From Camelus ferus (Eukaryota), in assembly GCF_009834535.1 (NCBI RefSeq), contig NC_045697.1, forward strand, positions 43,464,001 through 43,528,000: a stretch of 64,000 nucleotides of DNA, in the 5' to 3' direction. The translations under genes and the position numbers were made by a program. Shown piece after piece: positions 49,540 to 62,945 of this stretch. The notes under the pieces were generated by a model, which was given only the letters and a program-made list of their open reading frames with translations, did not search any database and was not told where the DNA came from. The stretch's first letter is position 1. Each line of letters opens with the position of its first letter.

Positions 49540-50007
49540 CAGCGCTGTCCAGTAGAAACAAAACAAGGCACCAATGTAATTTAAAATTTTCTAATGGCCA
49601 CGTTAAAAAAGTAAAAAGAAAGAGATCAAGTTAATTTTAATAATGTAATTTGTTTAATGAAATATATCCAAAATGTTATCATTTCAATATGCAATCAACA
49701 TAAAAATGATTAATGAGGTACTTTTAATCCTCTTTTTCCTACTAAGAAATCTGAGGTGTCTTTTACAACACATATCATTTCAGATGCTAAGTACTTGACT
49801 GGTTTTTAAATTTCATATAATGTAGAGTCGAAAAGTAGATACACATATCCAAGTTGGCCCAAACATAATCAAAAATCTTCCGATAACTGAATTCAGTATC
49901 AGTTTTTTTCATTTAAGTTAATTTAAATGAAATAAATTCTTGCATTCAGTTCTTTAGTCACACTAGTCACGTGCCGGGGTGGGGGGCATCCTCTACTGCA
50001 CGTGCAG
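49540..50007. mobile_element. hAT-Charlie DNA transposon (MER33/Charlie1-like)
   Basis: Starts 'cagcgctgtccagtagaa' and carries 'taatttaaaattttctaatggccacgttaaaaaagtaaaaagaa'. 8-bp TSD gtctagct (49532-49539) / gtctagat (50008-50015) fits the hAT NTCTAGAN target. Confidence 0.85.
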
Positions 50008-51791
50008 GTCTAGATGCCTGCACTGTGCCGGGTGGAAGAGCCTCAGAGAATAAGGAGCAAGGAACTTTTTTAACCGGCTGGAGGGGCTGGGGTTATGCAC
50101 AGAGCAGTAAACATTCTAAAAGTCTCCCCAGCACAACAATATTGTACAAAATTAGAGGCTATTCAGCACCAAGTTTAAAATTCTAACATTACCAGATATC
50201 AAATGGTCAAAACAGCAACATACTCGATAGAAACGTCTCTTATGAATGATCAAGGCCCCTCCTGGAAACCCCAGGCTGGCGTGGGGTTGCAGCGCCGAGC
50301 CAGTTCTGGCGAGGCCGGAGCCATTCCAGCCAGGACAGGGGAGAACTCTCCTCCCTCGTCCCCGAGCACAACAGCTGACTGGCGTTTCTCTCCTGCTCTT
50401 GACTGGATTCCTGTTCCTCCTAATCTAAAATGTGATTAAAATGAATTGCTTTCTAAATCTGTTATGTAATTTGTATGTAATACCCTTAGTATTGGGTTTG
50501 AATACAATTGCAGTAAGATACACTAATTGATTCGTTTAATTTTATTTTCCATCCTTTGAATGGAAGCCTCTGGGACTCAATATGTAAAGTGATATGCAAA
50601 TTGGGACTTTGATGCAAGAAGACTTGGCAGTTTTTTTAAACAGGACTCAAGCATTACTTGGAATCATTTAAGAGAGTAATTTCAAGCAAAGCAACCTCTA
50701 CTTGTCCTTCTGTGTGATTAAATTTTGGTGTACACAAACATATGTACAAAACACACTCAGAACTACTGAATATTAATTGAAGATATAGGTCAAAGAACAA
50801 TTGTATTTCCCCAATGATTTTTTGATCCCTAACCCTAATATAAAATAGGATAAGGTTTTACAGGTTCATGTAACTTTCCATAGAATGGAAGAAGCAGAGG
50901 ATAGTTACAAAAGAGAAATCAATCCATCAGCCACTAATGAGCACCTTCTTTGGATTAATAATAACAGCTAACGTTTATTGAGTGCTTATTATGAGATAGG
51001 CACTGTGCGCAAATTGTATCTGGATTATTTTCCTGCTAGGGACTCAGTAAGGAGCTTTCAAAGATTCATGGATAATAAAACACATTCTGTATATCCAAGG
51101 AACTTAAAATTTAAGCACCAAAGTTTAGTATCAACAAAAGGTACTATGGGAGTTGAGAGAAACTTAGTTTTCTGTTTTCCGTACTCCCAAGCTGTTGCTG
51201 TGGATGCAAGCATGATTCTGATACTAAGAGACAACTTTAATATGCAGCTAAGATGATTTTAAAATAACTGTTCTTCATCCTCCACTTCCTCCTTCCAAAT
51301 AAATGCCCTTTTCCTGGGTTCAGAGAAGATCACAAATTTCAAGCCATGAGTGTAATCTCTCATTGTTGTCACTGTTTCCAAACTGTGGCTCACACAATAA
51401 CAGCGTCGGCAATTCCATTGCTCGCCGCAGTTAATATATTTCAGTATGATCAAACCATAGTTTACAGGAAATTGCTATACTATTGATGTCATGGATGAGG
51501 AAATCAGTACATGAGATAGCCAAGCCCTAGAAATCTGAGAAAATGAGAAGCTGGGGGGGATGAGCTTGTTTGTTGTTGAGATAACATTAACAGCGTGAGT
51601 GCCACGGCTAAGATTTCAGCTTAGAGATGATGGGTAAAGGCAGAGCAACAGCCTCAGCAGTGAAGGAGAGGCTCCCTGGGTCTAAATGCCATTGGAGGAG
51701 TGAGGTGAGCTCTTTTCTAGAGACATGAGAACATTCAGAGGCCACGTGCAGTTTGGAAGGTTTTGTTCAGAATTTTAGGAGTGAAGGTGTC

Positions 51792-52178
51792 TGCATTAGG
51801 CTGCTTGGGATGCTGTAACAAAGTACCTTAAACAACAGAAATTTACTTTCTCACAGTTCTAAAGGCTGGGAAGTCCAAGATCTTGGTTCTGCATGGTTCT
51901 GTCTCTGGTGAGAGCTCTTTTCCTGGCTTACAGCCACTTTCTCGCTGTGTTTTCATACGGTCTTTTTTCAGTGCTTGCGCATGGAGAGATTTTCTCTCTC
52001 TCTCTCTCTTTAAGGCCACTAGTCCTACAGGATTAGGGTCCCATCTTTAGGAATTCATTTAATCTTAATTACCTCATAAAATCCCCATCTCCAAATACAG
52101 TCACATTGGAGGTTAGAGCTTCAATCTATGAATTTGGAGGTGCTGTCAATGAGGAGAGACACAGTTCAGTCCATAGCA
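51792..52178 (-). mobile_element. MaLR solo LTR (MLT1A-like)
   Basis: 'gctgtaacaaagtacc...aacaacagaaatttactttctcacagttct...catctccaaatacagtcacattgg...gacacagttcagtccatagca'. Confidence 0.9.
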
Positions 52179-53710
52179 ACGTCTAAACATCAAGAAATCC
52201 AACTTTATCATCTTTCAGATGAAGAAACTAAAGTTATGCTTTTATGCACTTTTTTTGAGCAAGAACCAGGGGCTGAAAATAATACAGTGAGTGCCCTAGT
52301 GACCCAGATCCTAAAATGAGGAACTAAACTATCTGTGTAGGCTGTGCTGAAAAACTGGGAAACCATGCAAATGTAGTACATGGCTCCCACTGTCAAGCTA
52401 CATGAGACAAGACAAAGAATTCACATATGTGTTGAGGATGTTGGGGAGACAAGATGTCAATGCAAGAGAATATTGTTCCTGAGCTGCAGTGTCCCTCCTC
52501 CTCACCTCATGGGGGAGAATCATGGGGGACTTTTTCCCCAATGAGAGATGCAACCAAAACTTGGCCGATGACTCCAGGAATTTGGTGGACACAGAGACTG
52601 GTGCCTGACTCTCAAGAGAATAAATCTGAAGTTGAAAGACTACAGCTAGACTAGACTGCAGCTAAGGGGAAAGACAAAGGTCCCTGCAAGGAGATGGCTG
52701 AACTTCTCACCAAATAGGACCACCCCACGGTGTGACGTGACTTTGACAAAGGGGTAAGAACCTGTAGTCAGAGGTGCCCTGTGCAGGACCCTGATGAACA
52801 CACAGAAAGGCCCCCATGAGAACAAGAACCAGTAACTGTGCACCTGCTGTGTAAAGATCTCCTGGTGCCACATAACTCCTCGTCCCCTGTCCCTTCCATC
52901 CCTGAGCCTGACCCAGAAGAGATCAGAAGCAGCAACTTGCAGAATGGGGGGGGGGGGGTAGTTAATGTCAGAAAGCACTGTCCAATTTTTTTGACTTATC
53001 ATGACAATATGTATTTTTTTAGGGTGGCCCCTCGTTAGCTGACAACAGATTCTTAAGTAAATCCCATCAAGATTAGCCTCAAATGCTGTCATTGCTAACT
53101 ACCTTGCTTGCCCAAGAAAAGCTTATAAATGTCTCTGAAGACTGTGTAGCTATATAATCCTAAGAACTTCGACTAAAAAGTAAAATTTTGAGTGAACTAA
53201 CTGAATTTTATGTGAGGGGTTGATAATCATACTTAGAAATACACAAGTTCCTTGTTGACAAAACACCCAGGAATAGAGAAAAAGTCAGTAGGCTAGTAGC
53301 CAGGGAGACCTAGTTTCTAGCCTTGCTTGCTCTAGGGCCTCGATTCAGTCTCTCTGGGCCTCATCTTCCCCATTAATAAGGAAAAGGTGTTGGACTCAAT
53401 AAGCTCCATGGTCCTATGATTTTTTTTACTTTTTTCTTCATCCTTCAGTGTCATGTAAGAAAAGACATTTATTTGAAAGCTCAAAATATCTTAGTCCTAA
53501 AAACAAGACCTCAATTTTATAATTGAGACCCAAAGATTAGTGAGTTGTCCCATGTCACACAGTGAATTCGTAGTAGTGCCAGAACAAGAAAGCAGTTCTT
53601 TGGAATCCAAGGCCAAGGATTTTTCAGAACATCACGCTCCCTTTCTAGACAAGATGATACACTGTCCCAAAGACTGGTATAGCTATTGATGAATATCTAC
53701 AGCAACTGGC

Positions 53711-54222
53711 TGTGCAAGGCAGTCTCTGTTACTGTGAAACTGCCACAAATTTAATCCTGTTCCTGCAGCCATGTCCCACCCCCCATGGCACTGTGAAGTT
53801 CTCCTATTTGAACATTGGGCTCAGCCAGGTGGCTTGTTCTGGCCAAAGGGGCATTGGCAAGTGTGACTTATGCAGAAACTTGATAAGCACTTGTGTAGTG
53901 GCCTTTTTCCTCTTTCTGGTTATCCTTAGAACTCTGAGTCACCATGGGGAAGAGCCCAGCTAGCCTGATAGATGATGAAGGATTTGCAGTCTGGTCATCA
54001 TTGCTGCCCCACCCTACAGCCAGCCAAACTCAGAAACAAAACAGTGTACCTGACCAGCAGCAGGCCCCAGATAGGTGAGTGAGACCAGTTAAGATCAGCA
54101 GAAAAACATTTAATCTGATCCCACCCCAAATTACTGAACAACAGAGTCCTGAGTTAAATGGTTGCTGTTTTAAGTCACTAAATTTTGGGATCCTTTATTA
54201 CACAGCAAAAAAATCTGATATA
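53711..54222 (+). mobile_element. MaLR solo LTR (MLT1F-like)
   Basis: 'gaacattgggctcagccaggtggcttgttctggccaa...gcccagctagcctg...aaatggttgctgttttaagtcactaaattttggga...ttacacagcaa'. Confidence 0.75.
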
Positions 54223-54704
54223 AGGCCCCAAGGAAATGCTTAAAGGGATTTCTACATGAAGGTGAGAGCTATCGTGAACTAAGGCAATGAAGATAAAATT
54301 ATTTTAAAGCTGTGTGGACCTAACATGCTGTTATGATTAGCTTTCAAATCTAAGAAGGTCCTTGAGGGTCCAATCTTTTTCTAGAAATCTTCAGGGCTAC
54401 ATTTCAAAATAGGACCTGGCTGCGTGAAATTCATTTGTATGAACTATTTCACATCTTCTTAAATGCCAATAGTTCCAGACTCTACTATATACTCTTACTG
54501 GATTTAAATTTCAGGACTAAATCTAAGCTTTTGTATGTCATCAATGAGGTATTACAAGGGAAAAAGAAAAAAAAAATAGTGCAGGTATCAGCAGGTCCCT
54601 GTTTGTTAATACTGGTGATGACTTGGTGATGATGGTGGTAGTGGTGAGTATCCAAAAACACAGAGGTAAAGCCCTGACAAAAAACGTGCCCATAACCACC
54701 TGCC

Positions 54705-54812
54705 ATTGACTTGACTGAACATTTGTGTCACCCCAAAATTCTTATGTTGAAACCTAATCCCCAATATGTTGGTCTTTGGAGGAGGGGCCTTTGCAAGGTG
54801 ATTGGATCGTAA
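54705..54812 (+). mobile_element. MLT1A-like LTR 5' fragment
   Basis: 'gactgaacatttgtgtcaccccaaaattcttatgttgaaacctaatccccaa...tttggaggaggggcctttg' is homologous to 34857-34970. Confidence 0.75.
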
Positions 54813-55039
54813 AAATAAAATAAAAATATATAGGCTATCTCTGCTTAAAACCTAGTTCATATTGAGTATTTGAGTGGAAAACTCACTTGACTTCTGCATT
54901 CACCTATACTAGTTTGACCGAGCTGCTGAAAAATTGCTTCTGATATGTAGGTCTGTGGAAATTATTTTGTATGTTCAATTGACAATATCAACCAATAAAA
55001 ATTTTAAGAGTATATTAATTTAGTTAATTTATCATTTTC

Positions 55040-55524
55040 CCAATGTTCATAGCAGCACTATAACAGCCAAGACATGGAAGCAACCTAAATGTCCATCAAC
55101 AGATGACTGTATAAAGAAGCTGTTATATATTTATACAATGGAATACTACTCAGCCATAAAAAAGAATAAAATAATGTCATTTGCAGCAACATGGATGGAC
55201 CTGGAGATCTTCATTCTAAGTGAAGTAAGCCAGAAAGAGAAAGAAAAATACTGTATTATAGCACTCATATGTGGAATCTAAAAGAAGAAAAACGACACTA
55301 ATGAACTCATCTAAAAAACAGAAACAGTCTCACAGACATAGTAAACAATCCTATGGTTACCAATGGAAAAGGGGTGGGAAGGGATAAATTTGGAAGTTTG
55401 AGATTTGCAAGTGTTAACTTCTATATATAAAAATAGATTAAAAAACAAATTTCTTCTGTACAGCACAGGGAACTATATTCAATATCTTGTAATAACATTT
55501 AATGAAAAAGAATATGAAAATGAA

Positions 55525-55566
<42 letters not shown>

Positions 55567-55652
55567 TGACTGGGATATTATGCTGTACACCAGAAATTGA
55601 CACATTGTACCTGACTATACTTCAATTAAAAAAAAAGCAGTAACAAAACAAA
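55040..55652 (+). mobile_element. 5'-truncated LINE-1 (ORF2 end + 3' UTR) with internal (TA)n
   Basis: Homologous to 16720-17425. TSD aatttatcattttc (55026-55039) / aatttatgatcttc (55653-55666). (TA)n at about 55531-55563. Confidence 0.93.
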
Positions 55653-57549
55653 AATTTATGATCTTCTAATTTAGCAAAAATGCTAAAGCAAAGGCAAGTC
55701 TATGAATCACAGTAACATGTTTAGTGTTGTTTTTTGATCTCATAGATCTTTTTTTTTTAATTGAAATTTGAACATGCTCTAACAACTCTGCCTGTGGAGA
55801 GATGGACTGAGGAACAGGCAGAATATTAAACACCCACTTATATGTCTCCCCAGGGAGTCTTCTGATAATATTATACAATGCAACAACATTGCTTGAATGG
55901 TTTATTAATGGCAGCAAAACAGAGTGAATGCTACATACAATGGTAATAACAATAAAGGTTATTTATACTCTGTCTAACTGCCAGATAGCTTTAAAGGCCT
56001 TACAACTATACACTTAAACCACTAGCAATACAAAATAAAAATGGGGCAAACAGCCTTCAGATATTGAGAAAGAATTAGAATGATGTTTTGTCCAGTTCCA
56101 GGAAAACTGAATTGTGGACAATTGCTCAACAATTCTAAATTTACAAACATTTACATTCTCCCCTTGTTTCCCCTTGAACTATACCCATGAGCGTGCCAAG
56201 CCATCATTTCAGGTGAACAGAAAATTCTGACGTTAAAAAGAAATGTTCAACATGCCCAACCAAAGACCCAGGGCGTCTTGGCTTTTCCAGCTCTCCATAA
56301 AGAGCTCCCTCTTGAACCTTAGGTCCGGAAAAGGCTAGAACTGGGGAAAAGCAACAGGAGAAAAAGGAGAAGCATGGAGACAGAGAACAGTAACAAATGG
56401 CCATTTTCTCAGCTGGAAACTCTACGCAGGAGGCTGAATGCATGATATGGCAACTTCTTTGCCAGCCACCTCTGAAGTCAAATCTTTACCAGTAAAGTAT
56501 CTATCAGGCCAAACATTTTATAGTAAAAATACACATTCACACTGAGTCTCTATGAAAACACCAATTTGACTATATCCAGGGAAGATAAATTCCCAAATTA
56601 AAGTATATCTTTCTGTTCCTAAACATTCTGCTCCAGCTCACACCTATCCAAGAAGACTTTGCATCCCTAATTTAAATCTCTATATTCAGATATATTTTTT
56701 GGTCAGTTTTTTAAAGTGACTCCACATTTCTGTGATTTATGTTCTTTCTGCTATATTCTAAGGAAGGTAAATTTTAGTACCTAGGGTATCTTTTGTCTGT
56801 TGAATGGAGTGGTAAGTGGAGAAGTGTAGGTTTGGATGAGCCAGAACAGAGCTTAATTATTCTGGAGTAGGAAAGATCCAGGATTCAAGAAGCAGAACTG
56901 GGAGATGTAGAGACAATGAGGGGAAATGAAGTGATGGAGGGAAGGCCAGCAACAGAGGGCCACGCAGAGACTTGGGAAGAGATGACTGAAGGGCGTCTGC
57001 AGGACAAAGCTGCATGTTATGTAGTGAACTTTCTCCTCTCTCTCTCCTGTAGGTCCTCAAGGAAGTCTGCATTGCTCACTGATGCCTATGGAGTCCATTT
57101 TCATCTTGAGGAATGCAAAGAAATACTAAATCTTGCTTAGAGAGCAGTGAGTATGTGTGTGGGGTAAGGTAAGGGGTGTGGAAGGGTGAAAACAAAGGTT
57201 AAAGGTGATGGCAGACATCATATAGGTTATATATGACACATACAAAAAAAATCCACTTATTCCTTCTTTTTTCTTAGTTATCAAAATATCTAAAGCCTTC
57301 CAGGAAATTCATACACAGACTATATATTAAGAATCTTGTGGTTGCAAGTGATAGAAATTAATGATCCAAATGAAAAGAGACCCTCTTATCCCAGGTTCTA
57401 CACATTAAATCTCAAGAAAGTCTCTAAATGACTGTAGTTAATTGCACATCCCTGAACCAGTTCCTGTGTCCTGCACTCGAATGTGCCATAGTCTGAATGA
57501 CCCAGCATGAATTGCCTCCAGAAATTAATGAAAATTAATGAAATGAAAA

Positions 57550-57725
57550 GCCAATGCCTTTATTTTGTTTTATAGTCAGTTTACTTGTTTGCCTCTCCAA
57601 CTATATTATAAACATCTTTAGGAGAGAAATGAAATATTATATAGGCTTTGAACCCTCAGCACCTAGACAATTGCATGAAATATAATAAGCACTGAATACA
57701 TATTTGAAAATGAATTAATGAGTAT
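57550..57725 (+). mobile_element. LINE-2 3' end
   Basis: 'tttgcctctccaacta...cctcagcacctagaca...taagcactgaatacatatttgaaaatgaattaatga'. Confidence 0.65.
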
Positions 57726-58449
57726 TCCAGGCTATTTGCTTTTCCTCTTCTCCAGTGCTCATCAATCCCATTCCATCTCTGGTAGCTCACCCATCCCCAC
57801 TCATCCCTTCCCTCATCTCCCCGGGAATAAAAGATTAACTGGTAAACAAGCATTCCTGTCATTTGTAAAATTTTCTCAGAAGTTGGTACAAATGATTGGT
57901 TGGATATATTTTATGAAAAAATCGATATAATGTCCAACTTTTTGTAAATTTATGATGAAAGATCTCGGGAACATGTTCTCAGGTAGAAAGGAGTAAGTGT
58001 AGAGATACTGCTTTTATTGTATTATTTCTCTTTAACCTCTGACTTCAAATACTCTTTTTACATCCAACGTAAAATTATACTTAGCTTGGAAACATTTACA
58101 AATTTCAAGTTTACATTCAAGCACTTGAGAATTTATTGCTGCAAAATAGTGTCACTGTAGCTTATGATCTCATCAGAAAACCTGATTGATTTATGCCTTG
58201 TTAACTATCCCTATTCATCATTCCACATTTAACTAATGTGATGTTTTATGAGGTTGCCAAAAGACAATGTTGATTATAAAAACAGAGAAAATACAAATTG
58301 AAATATGTTGACATATTTTTAATCTTAGACATCCCCACATAAAAAAAGTTGGTTGTTCTGGTTTGGATAGTTTATTAGCTACGATTTGTGTATTCATATA
58401 TGTGTATGTATATATGTGTTTACTTCTGCTGTGCATGTATGTACTTCTG

Positions 58450-58822
58450 TTATGATTGGATTGAAAAGATTCAGGGCTGGTACAATTCCACAGTCATCAC
58501 GGACCCAGCTGGTTTCATCTTCCAGGCTGCCGTCATCAACACCTCTTAGTCCAAGACGGCATTGAGTTCAAATTCCAGCCAGCAGGAGACAGAAACACTC
58601 CTTTGGGTAGGTTTTACTTTTTTCCTTTTAGAGCACAGTGCAGAAATTGCACCCAGCACTTCTGCTCATTTTTCGTTAGTCACATGGCCACAACCAGCTA
58701 CAAAGTGTGTTGGGATATAATCTTTAGCTAGGTAGCCATATGCTCAGGTAGACATGTTATTATGTATATTCTATTAGGAAGAGAGAACAAGAATTGGGAG
58801 ACACAACAGCCTCTGCCAGTGT
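58450..58822 (-). mobile_element. MaLR LTR (MLT1J-like)
   Basis: 'cagggctggta...gtcatcacggacccag...ttccagccagcagga...tagtcacatggccacaaccagcta...acaacagcctctgcca'. Confidence 0.7.
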
Positions 58823-60329
58823 CTTTTCCTTTGTTCCTTAATAATAAAAGACTTCTGTTCCAACTATGTATCCCATTAAGATCCAAACTTCCATAACATC
58901 TTTGCAATCGATTCACCTGAGTACTAATAGGCTGCATATGCTGCAGTCCTCATGACACTGACAAACAGCAATGCCTATAAGTTTCCAAGAGGTGAGATGA
59001 AAGGAAGGGATGTTTTATTGGCATTGCACAGGAAGTGTAATGGCTGCACAATGGGGTCTTGTTTTTCAACTTGAACTTGAAAGAGAAAAGGACTCTGCAA
59101 AAAGCTACACTCAATGTCCTTCACAACATCACTGCTCTCTGCAAAACACTACCAAAGAAAATCCAGAAGCACAAGGAATAGATGAGAGAAGAGAAATACA
59201 GCATCTTGTATCTTTTCCCGGGGTTAACAAGTAAGGCAGGTAGTGTGACTACTGTTAGATCATGTTTGAGAGAAGTAAAACTTTCTGGAAAAAAATAAAT
59301 TTGTAACTAATATCTAAAGATCATATTTTGACTATGTGCATAAGCAAAGACTCAGAGTTTAGTTTCTTGCTGCCAGAAGCAGCCTTCTTAAAACAACAGC
59401 GAAGTGAATGCATACAGGGGACCCACAGACACTCACAGTCTCTGACATAAAATGCCACAGCCTTGAGTAATCCAGTGTGGCCTGGCTAACAGCTATCATC
59501 ACCTCTGTGGTAAGAATGATGGGGAGTATTTCTGGGTACCACTCTCTACATATTCTTTGTAAATTGTTATATATAAATATGTTTAATTACCTGTAGTTTT
59601 CATTGTACAGTGTTAGTTTAGTCATTCTCAGCAGGCTGGTTTGCCTTTTTTATAAAGCCACAAGATAAAGAACCCATTCTACCCAGCATTCTACTCTGGG
59701 AAATTTACCCTGTAGGCATATCCCACAAGTACACAAAGATAAATAGCTGCTCACTGCCTGGTTACACAGCAGAAGGGTATATGGTCATTACAAAGAAGAA
59801 AATTAATACATGTATAGTGTATATTGTTTATTCTTTTAAATGTTCACAAATGTATATAATCTCTCTAGAAGAAATAGGAGGACTGGGGGAGGGACTTATA
59901 CTTTTCATAATATTATATTCTGTACTATTTTGAGTTTTTACCATACATAACATAACTTTGTTTAACTGCTAATAAAAGACTTCTTTCAAGACATTGTGAT
60001 GCACACATATCTCAATGGAGAAGATTCTCCAGGTGTCAAGAATGGGCAGCAATCCCCCATAGAATATTGCCTTACTAGGACTTTTTTCCTGTATTGTTCT
60101 GCCAAATGTTCCTCTGGCAGCTAGAGACCCTTGGACTTGAAGATGTTTCCTCCCTCTCACTAATCATCCTTCATGTAAACATCTTTTTCTTTTCTCCACT
60201 GTAAAAAGGGAAATTGAGGCATCCCTGATGCTCCCTGGGGACAAATGTGAACATCATAGCTACAGAAAATGCAATAAAAATCAGAAGTGGAACAATTCAA
60301 CCCTCGAACACAGACTCATAGGGGTCCAA

Positions 60330-60540
60330 CCTTTCTGGCATGGGCTCTGGAATCAGAAAGTTCTCAATTCTTTTTCTGGCTCTACAAGATCTTAGTTGTG
60401 CAATTCTGCAATATTTATCAATCTTCCCTATATTTAAGTTTTATCACCTGTAGTACTGCCACCATAATATTGCCTGACTCATTTAGATCTCATGAGGACT
60501 GAGTCAGTGAGTGCCTGGATAACTCTTAGCAAGGACCTGA
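60330..60540 (+). mobile_element. MIR SINE (degenerate)
   Basis: 'gcatgggctctggaatcaga...tggctctac...ttagttgtg...atcacctgta...catgaggactgag'. Confidence 0.6.
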
Positions 60541-61107
60541 GGAAAATTCCATGATTCCAGCAGCCTCAGACAACCAGGTGAGCGCAGTTTTCCCTGTAGA
60601 TGTTCGAGCCCTGATCCTGACTTACTTTAGTCTGTATGACTATCAGAGCCGACAGTTTAGAACATACTCAATTTGCTATCAAAGAGTAAAGAGAAAGCAT
60701 AATTGAGATTCCCAGTCACTAGCCATCATAGCACCTGGATAAACAATTGAAGTCAACACATGTTTATTGAGAGTCTACTGTGTACAAAGCACTGATTGGC
60801 TGAAAAAAAATTTTTTAATGCATCATTTCCTACCCTTCAGGAGCTCACAAATTCATGAAAAATAGAAGTCAAAAGTGAATATTCTTTAATAGAGGACTGA
60901 GCTGTATGCTCAAGAAAGTATAGAGAAGAGAAATTAATTCTAACTGAAGGAACATGAAAAGGCATTTTAGAGAAAGTATGATTTAGACGAAGTTTTACAA
61001 AAAGGCAGCTTTGAAGAACAGATTATTTGAGGAACATAGGACACCTTGATGTGGAAACAGAAAGTAAAGATGTGGAAACAGAAGTATACAGAGTATATTT
61101 GGGAAGA

Positions 61108-61505
61108 ATGCATTTGTTTACAAGGGGTACCATAATGAAATACCACAAACGGGGTGGCTTAAGCAACAGAAATTTATTTCCCACAGTTCTGGAGGTCAGA
61201 AGTCCAAGATCAAGGTGCTTGGCAGGTTTACTTTCTTCTGAGGCCTCTCTCCTGGCCTGCAGATGGCCCATCTCACAGTGTCTTTCCTCTGTGCCTGTGC
61301 ATCCCTGCGGTCTGTGTGTGTGTGTCCAAATTTCTTCTTGTAAAGACACCAGACAGATTGAATTAAGACCCACCATAAAGAAATCATTTTAACTTAGTCA
61401 CCACCTTAAAGGCCTTATCTCCAAAATACAGTCATATTCTGAGGTATTGGGGCTTAGAACTTTAACCTATGAATTTGGGGACAAAGGGTGCAATTCAGCC
61501 TATAA
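61108..61505 (-). mobile_element. MaLR solo LTR (MLT1A-like) nested in an L2 remnant (~60745-61960)
   Basis: 'aaataccacaaacggggtggcttaagcaacagaaatttatttcccacagttctggaggtcagaagtccaagatcaagg...caattcagcctataa'. Confidence 0.9.
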
Positions 61506-62769
61506 TGAATAACAAGTAATGTGATTGAAGTAAATAATGTATGGGAAGGCATAGAGGAGGAGGTGGGAAAAAGGCAGACAAACAAGCAAAATGAACAAAA
61601 ACTTTCTTGAGCTTTTATTATAAACCAGGCACAATTCTAAGAGCTTCATTTGCACAAATTCATCAATCTTCACAATAGTCCTTTAAAGTAGATAAACTCC
61701 TGTTTCCAAGGAATAAAACTGAGACATAGAGAGACTAGAACCAGGAGGTCCTCTTCCAAGGTTCATATTCTTAACCTCTACAGTAAACTGTCTAGGGAAA
61801 GCAAAAAGAGGTCAAGTTGTGAAGTGCTTTCAATAACAACCTGAGAAGGTTGGATTTAATCCTGTAAGAAATGGGGATCCTATTGTAACTGAGCAACGGA
61901 GAGAATAATTTTATTGAGAACCTCAACAGCAGCATACAGAAGGGACTGAGACAGAAACAGGCCAGCACATCATTATATTACCTATAAGAGATTATAGAAA
62001 CTTTGGTTATTGGTATTAGATGTGGGTTCGTCTCAAAAGCCACACAGACTTTTTGTAAAACTTGAACAAAGTCCAAAGATTTTAAGAGAAGTTTATTGCC
62101 ATCGTTACAGATTTATGAGGGACTTCCAAATAACCCACACAACTGTTTCTGTTTTCTTTTCTCCCTCTATATTAATAACAAACTACCCATAGTAAGAATT
62201 CATATGATATCAATAACAGCATTAATTATTTAGATATGGTAATTTTGGGAGTGTTTGCTTGGTTGGTTTTTGGTTTTGGTGTTGTTTTGATTACATCACT
62301 TCTTCCTTACATCAACCCTGTGAGGTGATGTTGCACGTGCAGGAACTGGGATTAAAGAGATTTAGAGATTTGAGAGCAATAGACTGTGCCTGGATTCCCC
62401 TCCCTGGGTTACTTTCTCCAGGCAGAAAGCTAAAGCAATGGCAGGACTCATCTTGTCTGTTTCCCAGTTCTCAGGGATAACTTTCCTTCATTGCCTGATG
62501 TCCAATGTCTTCAGAACCATTTTGTTTCATAATTCTTTCCAGTTTTTTAGTTGTTTCAGTTAGGAAGATAAATTCAGTCTTCATCTTGGCCAGAGGTAAA
62601 ACTCTGTATCCCAGGTGAAGAAACAGAGTGATAAAGATTTTTACAAAATTTGCCCTGTAGTATGCACCTTAAATAGAGACCTCAGGATTCAAATCTAGTT
62701 CTGCATGTCTCCAAAGTCCATGTGCATTGCTTTCAACCTACTACTTACCAGGTAATTTGTTTCAGTATT

Positions 62770-62945
62770 GCAGTGGTTCTCAAAACGTAACACTCCCAAC
62801 CCCAGATCAGCAGCATCAGCAGCATCTGGGAACTTGCTAGATATGCAAAACCTTGGCTCCTTTCCAGACCTACTAAATCAGAAATTCTGAAGGTGGAGCC
62901 CAGCAAGTGATTCTGATGCCTACCCAAGTGTGACAGCCACTGCAC
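62770..62945. mobile_element. MER5A-like hAT DNA transposon
   Basis: 'cagtggttctcaaa...cagcagcatc...tgggaacttgctagatatgcaaa...cagacctactaaatcagaaattctg...gtgattctgatgc...ccactg'. Confidence 0.85.

Noticed and set aside
52946..52958. G13 run as a G-quadruplex
   Set aside because: It is too short for a canonical three-tier intramolecular G4 with loops, and homopolymer length is error-prone.
61048..61088. Two copies of 'gatgtggaaacagaa' as an array
   Set aside because: It is a simple 21-bp-period local duplication within an L2 remnant. No CRISPR-like or other array exists in the window.
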